This document shows positions 38,600-46,009 of a stretch of DNA of 62,609 nt, piece by piece. Each line of letters begins with the position of its first letter. Positions within the stretch are counted from its first letter, which is position 1. This stretch comes from a virus. Lineage: Duplodnaviria; Caudoviricetes. The notes beneath the pieces were generated by a model. The model was not told the DNA's origin, did not search any database, and worked only from the letters and a program-made list of their open reading frames with translations. The stretch lies in the IMG/VR virus record IMGVR_UViG_3300028909_000024, positions 1 to 62,609 of that record. The stretch is one strand, 5' to 3'. A program made the position numbers and the translations under genes.

Positions 38600-38806
38600 A
38601 TGTCCTACCCATCCAGGGTCTTGAGGCGCTTGGGGCAGGTCGCTTTTTGGCTGTGTCGGATTGCAGCCATTATGATGATAGCGCTGGGGGTAGCGCTGTG
38701 GTTTTTTGGCACGCACGGAGATCCGGCGCTGTGCATCCCGTGTTTTGTAATTGCCGTGGTGCTTTGGTTTGCAGCCCAAGCGGTCGGCTATATTTTGGTA
38801 GAGTGA
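38600..38806 (+). CDS. Small two-TM membrane protein
   Basis: Two hydrophobic segments. Confidence 0.55.
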   Translation: MSYPSRVLRRLGQVAFWLCRIAAIMMIALGVALWFFGTHGDPALCIPCFVIAVVLWFAAQAVGYILVE

Positions 38807-38818
38807 GGTGGACTAAAA

Positions 38819-39034
38819 ATGACCCAAGCCGCTCAAACTAGTCCACGCGAGATCGCACGGGCGCTGGCTGATGGACCTTTGACCCCTCTGGAACTGGCCG
38901 ATTTCGTGAAGGTCAGCCTTGACCGCGTCCGGTTGATGCTGGGCTCTATGGAGGGGCGGGGTCTGGTGTGCAGAGTGGGCGGGAAATATGAACTGACCAG
39001 CCGGGGGGCAGTGGCTCGGGTGGACCGACCCTAA
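38819..39034 (+). CDS. Winged-HTH DNA-binding protein
   Basis: LADGPLTPLELA...LGSMEGRGLV....KYELTSRG; RBS GAGG. Confidence 0.7.
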   Translation: MTQAAQTSPREIARALADGPLTPLELADFVKVSLDRVRLMLGSMEGRGLVCRVGGKYELTSRGAVARVDRP

Positions 39035-39157
39035 TTTCTTGCGGGAGAGACGGTCAAGCCCTACTTTCTGGCTGTCTAACACAGGGGCTTCGCAATGGTT
39101 GAAGTCACGGGTTCAGCGCCAGCGGGATTGTCCGGTGGTGACGAAAGGGGTTCAAAG

Positions 39158-39433
39158 ATGAAAAACGTGTCTCCGAGGAAGTCGATGGCAATGGGGGACA
39201 ATATGCCCAGCGCCAGCGCAATGGGCATCGGCCCGATCGCCGATCCAGATGCGGGCGCTTATACGCATCCCGACCGCAACATGGAAACGGGCCGCTCCAC
39301 CAAGGACGGCGCCCGTGGCCATACTCCGCCCGCCTCGTCCGGCCGCGCAGGCCGCATGGCGATGCCAGGCGAGGTCGATCATGGCCCACACAGCATGCCG
39401 GCCGGCACCAACGGTCTGCGGCGCGGCAAATGA
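39158..39433 (+). CDS. Hypothetical low-complexity protein
   Basis: After a TTGCGG-17-TACTTT promoter candidate (~39039-39067); ATGA-coupled. Confidence 0.55.
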   Translation: MKNVSPRKSMAMGDNMPSASAMGIGPIADPDAGAYTHPDRNMETGRSTKDGARGHTPPASSGRAGRMAMPGEVDHGPHSMPAGTNGLRRGK

Positions 39434-40248
39434 GCCTCTACCAACGGGCAGCCGATACGCTCCGGGCTCTCCTCGCGATCGGGGATGACCGGGTGCAGGC
39501 CCTGAAAACAGACGGCGATGCGCTGGTGCAGCATCTCGAAAGCGCGCACAAGGCGACTTCGAGCGCGATCCAGCCCGGAGACGGCAGCACTGCAACGGTG
39601 TCTGGATCGCCCGGCAATGGATTTCTGGTGTCGATCCATGACGGCACGTTTTTCCGCTCGTTCGTTTCCGATGCCGAGGATGCGATTGCAGCCCTCAAGG
39701 AAGGCTATGAGCGGTTTGACGAGGCGGTTGCCCACGAAGAGCCTGCGGCAGTCCCCGAACTCGAGCCAGCGCCCGTGGTTCGGCAGCCTGCAGGCCAAAC
39801 GCAGGTCCAGATCCTGCCAGTCGAGCGTCCGTTTGACCTTGATCCCGGCACGCTGGATGTCACCCGCGGTCGGACGGGCGATGAAATGCCGGACGAAGAC
39901 AAGCGCATGATCGCCCAGCAGGACCATTTGGCCAACGGGACCAATGTGCCCGTGGCTGACCCGATCCTGCCGGTTACCGAGCCACAGCCAAATGAACCCG
40001 TTCCGCCGGGTGTGACCGAGGCTGCACCTGTCGTGGGCACGCATCTGGGCGATGATCAGGCCGTGTCTTACGAAGCTCAGGAAGTGGCTCCGGGCGTGGC
40101 TAAAGTGTATTCCTCGGTAGAGGCTGCGCTGGCTGCATACGCTTCGCCTGCAACGCCTGGGGAGCACATCGCGGCTGCAGAACAGCGTGCAGCCGAACAA
40201 CAGGAGGCCAGCCATGGCGGGACCGAAGAAAGCCCCAAGCCGGTCTGA
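39430..40248 (+). CDS. Hypothetical acidic Pro-rich protein
   Basis: 272-aa ORF with phage-like codon usage. Confidence 0.6.
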   Translation: MSLYQRAADTLRALLAIGDDRVQALKTDGDALVQHLESAHKATSSAIQPGDGSTATVSGSPGNGFLVSIHDGTFFRSFVSDAEDAIAALKEGYERFDEAVAHEEPAAVPELEPAPVVRQPAGQTQVQILPVERPFDLDPGTLDVTRGRTGDEMPDEDKRMIAQQDHLANGTNVPVADPILPVTEPQPNEPVPPGVTEAAPVVGTHLGDDQAVSYEAQEVAPGVAKVYSSVEAALAAYASPATPGEHIAAAEQRAAEQQEASHGGTEESPKPV

Positions 40249-40447
40249 TGCGAAGGGCGGCGACAAAAAAACGTCGCTCGCCCGGTCTGCGCCTATGCCG
40301 GGTCCGGTCCACATCACAATTGAGCCCATTTCCAATGGTCATGTGGTTCGACACGCGACTACCGACAAAAACGGCGTCTACAGCGAGACTAAGACTTTCA
40401 TGAAGAAGCTGCCGAGCAACCTTGCAGGCATCGCAAAAACCAAGTGA
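40214..40447 (+). CDS. Hypothetical basic protein
   Basis: RBS AGGAGG. Confidence 0.6.
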   Translation: MAGPKKAPSRSDAKGGDKKTSLARSAPMPGPVHITIEPISNGHVVRHATTDKNGVYSETKTFMKKLPSNLAGIAKTK

Positions 40448-40451
40448 AACT

Positions 40452-40480
40452 GCGGCCCTGGGGAAACCTGGGGCCGTTTC
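40452..40480 (+). terminator. Probable terminator hairpin
   Basis: GCGGCCCTGG-loop-CCTGGGGCCGT followed by TTC. Confidence 0.5.
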
Positions 40481-40527
40481 CAATTGAGACTGCCGCCAAG
40501 AGCGGATGAGATAGAGAGACGCAATTG

Positions 40528-40824
40528 ATGTCTGCAAAAAACAATGGCGGCCTGTGGGTGCGCCCTGGCCTGTGGCGCCCGATGTCGTGGGATATGCTCG
40601 AAACCCGATGCCAGAAGCTATTCGGTGATGGCTGGCGCCCAGTGGTCTGCAAGCTTTTGGATATCACGCCTCGCACCCTAGCGCGCTGGAAGGCCAAGAA
40701 CGAAGTCACCAATGGCCCAACAGCCGGGTGGCTCATGGCTATGGAAGACCTCAAGGATGCGGGGGAACTGGAAGCGCACTTACGGCAACAGGGCCATGAG
40801 GTGTTTGTGGGAGTGGCCGTCTGA
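40528..40824 (+). CDS. HTH-like protein
   Basis: LFGDGW...CKLLDITPRTLARW. Confidence 0.55.
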   Translation: MSAKNNGGLWVRPGLWRPMSWDMLETRCQKLFGDGWRPVVCKLLDITPRTLARWKAKNEVTNGPTAGWLMAMEDLKDAGELEAHLRQQGHEVFVGVAV

Positions 40825-41390
40825 TGTCTGGGACCAATACCAAAAAGGGTTTGAGCCCTCGCCATCAGCTATTCGTGCAGCGCTACCTCATCCACAGGAA
40901 TGGAGCGCAGGCTGCAAGAGAGGCCGGATACTCCGTAAAGACAGCGCGACATCAGGCAAGTGACCTCCTGGCTAATCCCGACATTGCAGCCTTGGTGAAG
41001 CGGGAGACCGAAAAAGCCATGGATTTGCTCGTCAGGGACAAGGATGCAGTGATCCGCAGGTTGGGTCAGATCGCATTCGGGGACGCTCGACGGCTGTTCC
41101 ATGAGGACGGCACCCCAAAGCTCCCACATGAGCTAGACGACGATACCGCGGCGATCGTGGGCGGGGTCGAGCACACCCGGACTGTGAAGGTCTCTCGGCC
41201 TGCCAATGAGGTGGTGGGGGCTGGGAAGGCCAAGAAGCGGCAGAAGGTGGTCAGCGCGACCACGACAACTGAGGTGCGATACCGCAAGATCGACCCGGTG
41301 AAGGCGCTGCATCTCCTCGGCATCCACCATCAGGTGTTCAAGGATCAGCCTACGGTCAACCAGTTCGTGCAGTTTATAATCCAAGAATAG
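40824..41390 (+). CDS. terS: Terminase small subunit
   Basis: LSPRHQLFVQRYLIHRNGAQAAREAGYS..TA...AS.LL; KALHLLG. Confidence 0.9.
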   Translation: MSGTNTKKGLSPRHQLFVQRYLIHRNGAQAAREAGYSVKTARHQASDLLANPDIAALVKRETEKAMDLLVRDKDAVIRRLGQIAFGDARRLFHEDGTPKLPHELDDDTAAIVGGVEHTRTVKVSRPANEVVGAGKAKKRQKVVSATTTTEVRYRKIDPVKALHLLGIHHQVFKDQPTVNQFVQFIIQE

Positions 41391-41433
41391 GCATCATTTT
41401 GATGTTGACTGGCGCATCGGATTGATGCATTAT
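41391..41433 (+). promoter_or_regulatory. Sigma70-like promoter with two GCATC-N5-GATGY operators
   Basis: TTGACT(41405)-17-CATTAT(41428); inverted repeats at 41391-41405 and 41414-41428. Confidence 0.75.
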
Positions 41434-41481
41434 CTGGTTATCGGGACGGGATGGCCGTGCCGAGAAACCAGGAGACGGACG

Positions 41482-41685
41482 ATGGCAAGGTTTGAATTTT
41501 ACAAAAACTTCGACATGCAAGCGCTTCGCGCTGAACGAACCAGGCTCGAAAAAATTCTGGATTCGGCGCAGGAGCATTCTTACAACAATGGCTATTGGAG
41601 CCGTGACCCCGTCGAAATGCTGGCCCGCAGGGAGCTTTCCGTCGTCAACGCAGCAATCGCCAAGCTGATCCCGGTCGCCGTCTAA
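41482..41685 (+). CDS. Small hypothetical protein (anti-defence candidate)
   Basis: Strong RBS CAGGAG; first gene after the internal promoter. Confidence 0.7.
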   Translation: MARFEFYKNFDMQALRAERTRLEKILDSAQEHSYNNGYWSRDPVEMLARRELSVVNAAIAKLIPVAV

Positions 41686-41712
41686 TATAATTCCCAATTC
41701 AGGAGACAGACG

Positions 41713-42054
41713 GTGGATATTCAAGGAAAAATTTCGACCGTATTGGCGCTTTCGATGGCGGATCGGGAAATCATGCGCAAGCGCCTCATGGAAAAAGCAC
41801 GGAGAATCCACAATGCTGATAGCACCGCATTCCGTCGTGGCGGAACTTCTCGATTTTTCGACTTGGCTGAACTGGATAGGGCTATGGGTGAATATGATAT
41901 GACGGTTAGTGATTACGAGGCGGTCACGATTTTGGTGGGTTTTGACGATGCGGAAATTCACGCCGGCAAGCGCAGTCGCTTTTCCAGCGATCCGCAGCAA
42001 GAGATGCTGCTGGATGCTGCTTACGCAGCTCGTGCAAAAGAAATTGGCGCCTGA
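41713..42054 (+). CDS. Hypothetical protein (anti-defence candidate)
   Basis: Strong RBS CAGGAG; GTG start. Confidence 0.7.
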   Translation: MDIQGKISTVLALSMADREIMRKRLMEKARRIHNADSTAFRRGGTSRFFDLAELDRAMGEYDMTVSDYEAVTILVGFDDAEIHAGKRSRFSSDPQQEMLLDAAYAARAKEIGA

Positions 42055-42055
42055 C

Positions 42056-42268
42056 ATGACTCCCGCCGAACTCCGCGCCGCGCTGACCGCGCTGGGGTGG
42101 TCCTGGGCAGACCTCGCCGAGCCCCTGGGTATAGACCGCAGCGTGCCGCAACGTTGGACGCAAGTGCCTCCCATGGTGGTTCTATGGGTGGAACAAAGTC
42201 TCCATTGGCATGCACAACGCCCTAAAATATCGCCGAATTGGCGAGAGGCAACATCAGTTCAGGAGTGA
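42056..42268 (+). CDS. Small XRE/Aca-like HTH regulator
   Basis: MTPAELRAALTALGWSWADLAEPLGIDRSVPQRW...VP. Confidence 0.75.
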   Translation: MTPAELRAALTALGWSWADLAEPLGIDRSVPQRWTQVPPMVVLWVEQSLHWHAQRPKISPNWREATSVQE

Positions 42269-42275
42269 CCATCTC

Positions 42276-42515
42276 ATGTCTGAGCCCATGTCTGGCAAAG
42301 CCATAGCGTTTAATTTTGCTCTTATGCTTTCGGCAGTTATTTCGCTTGATGAGCGCATCGTTGCTGCGGAAGCAATTCACAATTGGTTAATACAGGGCAG
42401 TAATGGCAAGCATTCCCTTCGTGTTAAGGCACTCCAAGCATCCATGGCGCTGCCTAACGCTCGCTCGGTGACGCAAATCTTATCGGACGCCGAACGTCTT
42501 GTGGATTGGGTGTGA
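42276..42515 (+). CDS. Hypothetical protein
   Basis: RBS CAGGAG. Confidence 0.55.
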   Translation: MSEPMSGKAIAFNFALMLSAVISLDERIVAAEAIHNWLIQGSNGKHSLRVKALQASMALPNARSVTQILSDAERLVDWV

Positions 42516-42620
42516 TCCCGGTGGGAATGTTCCGGTCACATACAATGATTGTGACCGTTGCGGTGGCACTGGTCGCATCACTGGCCAATCCCTCATCAAC
42601 CAATCAATCACGAGGCAACC

Positions 42621-42926
42621 ATGAAGAAGCCATCGCAGACCACCGTATCTGGTGAGAGGAAATGGGTTCGCATGCATTTGGCAAGTCGTATTCTTTTAAC
42701 CGTGGGCTTCTTGCCGATCATATTTTTCTGCAGTCGATTTGTGATCGTGCAATTCTCGGCAATTCTCAGATACGGGTCGGCGAGTTCCTATTTTATCAGC
42801 TTTTGCTGTTCGTTTCTGATGCTGTTTCTCTGCCTTGGCAGCTTAACCAGCATCTGGGGGGCGCGGCGCGTTGATTATATTCTGCTTAATTTGGAAAGCG
42901 AGGAGAAGTCAGATGAAGCGTCCTAG
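42621..42926 (+). CDS. Two-TM membrane protein
   Basis: RBS GAGG; two hydrophobic segments. Confidence 0.55.
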   Translation: MKKPSQTTVSGERKWVRMHLASRILLTVGFLPIIFFCSRFVIVQFSAILRYGSASSYFISFCCSFLMLFLCLGSLTSIWGARRVDYILLNLESEEKSDEAS

Positions 42927-43056
42927 TCAGGCCACCATCAACAAGGCTGATGCCGAGATGGACAAGAAGATCGGCGTGAAGCCAGGCAGCGCCAAGGACA
43001 AGAAGCTTGATCGCCTCACAGGTGCGAAGTGGCCGACGAAGAAGGGCAAGGAATGA
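42913..43056 (+). CDS. Small basic protein
   Basis: RBS GAGGAG; Lys-rich. Confidence 0.6.
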   Translation: MKRPSQATINKADAEMDKKIGVKPGSAKDKKLDRLTGAKWPTKKGKE

Positions 43057-43238
43057 CGGCTGATCATCATCAACGTTCGGTTGCTGCTTATCGCATGCAG
43101 CTTCTTGGTTTCAATGGGGAAGAATTGGACTATGACCAAGTGGCAGAACTTTGCAGAACCCGATCGGCGGCGCAGGTAGCTGAGATGCTGCAAGTATCCC
43201 CGCATGTAGTGGACCGTCTGCGCCGCATACCATCTTAA
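43053..43238 (+). CDS. Small HTH-like protein
   Basis: SAAQVAEMLQVSPHVVDRLRR. Confidence 0.5.
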   Translation: MTADHHQRSVAAYRMQLLGFNGEELDYDQVAELCRTRSAAQVAEMLQVSPHVVDRLRRIPS

Positions 43239-43249
43239 AGGATTAAGAC

Positions 43250-43456
43250 ATGCCGCTTCCAGATGATCAGGAATTATACACAGCGATATGGCTGGCTCCC
43301 GATCTGCAATCCGTGGCTGATCGCTATGGGGTTTCTCTGGAAGAAGTTCTGCACTCTCTTTCTCGTTTGATGAAGCGCGTATACGTGGTGGAGGATCCAT
43401 CTGGCCCGGCTGGTCCCGATGGAATTTGGCGCATTGGAAACTTTACAAATCCTTAA
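43250..43456 (+). CDS. Small HTH-like protein
   Basis: LQSVADRYGVSLEEV...LSRL. Confidence 0.5.
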   Translation: MPLPDDQELYTAIWLAPDLQSVADRYGVSLEEVLHSLSRLMKRVYVVEDPSGPAGPDGIWRIGNFTNP

Positions 43457-43472
43457 ACCCAGGAGTCAGACC

Positions 43473-44051
43473 ATGCAGGATGATCCGCAGGTCACACTAG
43501 ACGATGCCTTCCCCAAGTCGGATGCAACAGACATCCCAGCCCATGTAGAACCTGAAAGCGTGTCTGGAGCAGCAGTGTCCCCAGTCACTCTGACGGCGGC
43601 GCAGGAGCGAGCACTACGGTGGCTGCAGGCGGATGGGTCGTGGAGCGATAAGACAGCTCCGCGCGCGGTATTTGAGGCACTCGGTATGCTGAGCGTGGAG
43701 TGCATCGCCATGACCGCCATCACATGGTCCGCACGGGAGGCGCTTGCCTGCGCCTATTGCTGGTCTGGGTTCATCAACCCAGAAAAGCGCACTGACACGC
43801 CAGAGCAGTATTGGCTCTCCCTCAGCGAGCGCGTGCGCCAGGCATATCGTGATGATGTCGAGCGGGCTTCTCTGCTGGATGTCGCCCATGGTTCGGCTAT
43901 GGCCCTTCATCCTGCCGCCGCCCTCACCGATGAATTCCATCGCAACTTTGGTGATCGCATCGGTGTCAAGGCTGCCAACCGCGTCACCAAGATCCTTAAA
44001 GAGCTGTTCTATGCGCTCAAAGAAAGTCGGTCTGGACGGGTAAAATCATGA
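43473..44051 (+). CDS. Hypothetical protein
   Basis: RBS CAGGAG. Confidence 0.6.
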   Translation: MQDDPQVTLDDAFPKSDATDIPAHVEPESVSGAAVSPVTLTAAQERALRWLQADGSWSDKTAPRAVFEALGMLSVECIAMTAITWSAREALACAYCWSGFINPEKRTDTPEQYWLSLSERVRQAYRDDVERASLLDVAHGSAMALHPAAALTDEFHRNFGDRIGVKAANRVTKILKELFYALKESRSGRVKS

Positions 44052-44266
44052 CCGCCATCAAGCTTACCCCCGCGCAGGTGAAGGCGCTGATGTGGCCCCA
44101 TAATCCTCTGCTGGATTTTTTTGACAGTCGGTATTCATTTCGTCGCGATGCGCCGATGGAGACAGTTCTGGTTCAGCTCCAAGCGAAGGGTTTGGTTGAG
44201 CGCCGCGGTGTTCAATGGCGTCTCACCCCCGCCGGCATAGCCGAGCGGAAGCGGAGGGAGGGGTGA
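44048..44266 (+). CDS. Small winged-helix-like protein
   Basis: LTPAQVKAL...LQAKGLVE....WRLTPAG. Confidence 0.55.
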   Translation: MTAIKLTPAQVKALMWPHNPLLDFFDSRYSFRRDAPMETVLVQLQAKGLVERRGVQWRLTPAGIAERKRREG

Positions 44267-44520
44267 TGGAGCCGTCAGTAGCGATCTATTTCATTCTTGA
44301 TGGCAAAGAGTTTGCCTTTCGCCGTTGGCGTTTTGTGCCCGCAGTTGGGGATAAAATTGAGTTTGATGGACAACGCGGTCGGTTCTTTACCATCGAGCGG
44401 CGATGCTGGGTTCAGGGAGATAGCGCTCTCGGCTGGGCATATCAGCAAGCCGTAAACATCTGGATCAGCGAGATTGATACCAAGGCCAAGCGGATTAAGG
44501 TCCAAAGGACAAAGCCATGA
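44266..44520 (+). CDS. Hypothetical protein
   Basis: Coupled; VPAVGDKI beta-rich motif. Confidence 0.55.
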   Translation: MEPSVAIYFILDGKEFAFRRWRFVPAVGDKIEFDGQRGRFFTIERRCWVQGDSALGWAYQQAVNIWISEIDTKAKRIKVQRTKP

Positions 44521-45791
44521 CCGACCAGCCCACGCCGCCGGGTGAGCTTTGCACCTGCGAGCGCTGCCAGGATGAGCGTTGCCATGCCGACGGGCAGCCG
44601 TTTAGGATACTCGGGCCAAACGTTCCCGGCTGGTCTTATGCGTGTGGGACTTGCGGCAACAAACGCTGTCCTCACCATGCTGATCATCGGTTCGTCTGCA
44701 CACGCAGTAATGAGCCTGGGCAGATCGGCGTGCTGGCGACCGACGCAGCCCTCGAATCCCTCGCCGAGGCGGACGCGGATCTGGTGATGACGGAGAGAGC
44801 GGGAGATGCGGCGCTCGCGGTGAAGGTCACGCGGCTGACCGATGAAGTCGCTCGGTGGAAGCTCATCCTCGGCGACGTGCTGGATGATCCCGGTTCGCCA
44901 ACGGTGCTGGGGGATGCCAGGGCGGCGCTCGCTGCTGCGTCTCCGCCTGAGCTGGACGAGTCCAGGCGTGACAAAGACTCCGCGCCTGCCATCAGCGATG
45001 AGGCGGCGGAGGCATTTTTCAGGGTTTGGTATCCTGCGTGGGTGACATTTTCCGACGAGTGGCGATCGAAAATTTGCAAGTCTGTCCGCGCAGCACTCAC
45101 CGCAGCCGCCCCGCACGTGTGCGCCGCGAAAGACGCGGAGTCGTTCCAAACGCGTGTGCTGCCCTGGCTGATCGCATGCTTTGGCACTGAGATCGCGTCA
45201 GACAAAATCGAGCGCAACCATCGGTTTCTCGAAGAGGCGCTTGAGACAGTCCAGGCCGCCGGATGCACGCAGTCGGAAGCGCATCAGCTTGTCGATTACG
45301 TCTACGGGCGCCCAGTCGGCGAGCTGAGCCAGGAAGTCGGCGGCGTTATGGTCACCCTTGCTGCGCTGTGCCTAGCCCACGGCGTCAATATGCATGATTG
45401 CGGTGAAACCGAGCTGGCCCGCGTGTGGACGAAGGTCGAGAAGATCCGCTCGAAGCAGGCGGCAAAGCCGAAGCACTCGCCGCTTCCAGAGCAGCCCGCA
45501 GATGCCAAAGACGCGGAAATCACCCGACTCAAGGCCCACATCGCTTCTATCGACACCGAGTGTGCCGCGTGGCGGGCGAAGGCGGATGAGAGCTATCGTC
45601 GTGGGGTTGAAGGCGCTGCAGAGATATGTCGTGAGTTTGATGAGTGTGGGTTACCCGATGGAGAAACCTACGAGCATTCTGTGCTGTCGCTTTTGGAAAA
45701 GAGCGGTTTGACTTTGACTGAAGGCCAACAAATCATTGCAAACACGCTGAATGGTCTCAAAGCCCGCGCCCTCAAGGGAGACGGGGAATGA
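44517..45791 (+). CDS. Mosaic protein with MazG-like (all-alpha NTP pyrophosphohydrolase) domain
   Basis: FQTRV..W...CFG....D..ER.HRFLEEALE.VQA.G...YVYGRPVGE..QEVGGVMVTLAALC; N-terminal CGTCGNKRCPH. Confidence 0.65.
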   Translation: MTDQPTPPGELCTCERCQDERCHADGQPFRILGPNVPGWSYACGTCGNKRCPHHADHRFVCTRSNEPGQIGVLATDAALESLAEADADLVMTERAGDAALAVKVTRLTDEVARWKLILGDVLDDPGSPTVLGDARAALAAASPPELDESRRDKDSAPAISDEAAEAFFRVWYPAWVTFSDEWRSKICKSVRAALTAAAPHVCAAKDAESFQTRVLPWLIACFGTEIASDKIERNHRFLEEALETVQAAGCTQSEAHQLVDYVYGRPVGELSQEVGGVMVTLAALCLAHGVNMHDCGETELARVWTKVEKIRSKQAAKPKHSPLPEQPADAKDAEITRLKAHIASIDTECAAWRAKADESYRRGVEGAAEICREFDECGLPDGETYEHSVLSLLEKSGLTLTEGQQIIANTLNGLKARALKGDGE

Positions 45792-46009
45792 CCATCCGCA
45801 TTACGTCCATAGAAAGATTGCCGTCAGAACAGTTTGTCACCGACGATGAGGCAGTTGGTGCGGTCCGAGCATTGCTGTTCATAGCTTGTGTTGATCTCGT
45901 TCTTGGCCACCCTGGCCTTGCGGCAATGACACTGTTTTTCCAGATTTTCGGCATTGTCGCGTTGATTGGCATAAGAACGTTTTTTGTTCGATCCAAGGTC
46001 TATAAATAA
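45788..46009 (+). CDS. Small membrane protein
   Basis: Two hydrophobic segments; coupled to terL. Confidence 0.5.
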   Translation: MTIRITSIERLPSEQFVTDDEAVGAVRALLFIACVDLVLGHPGLAAMTLFFQIFGIVALIGIRTFFVRSKVYK

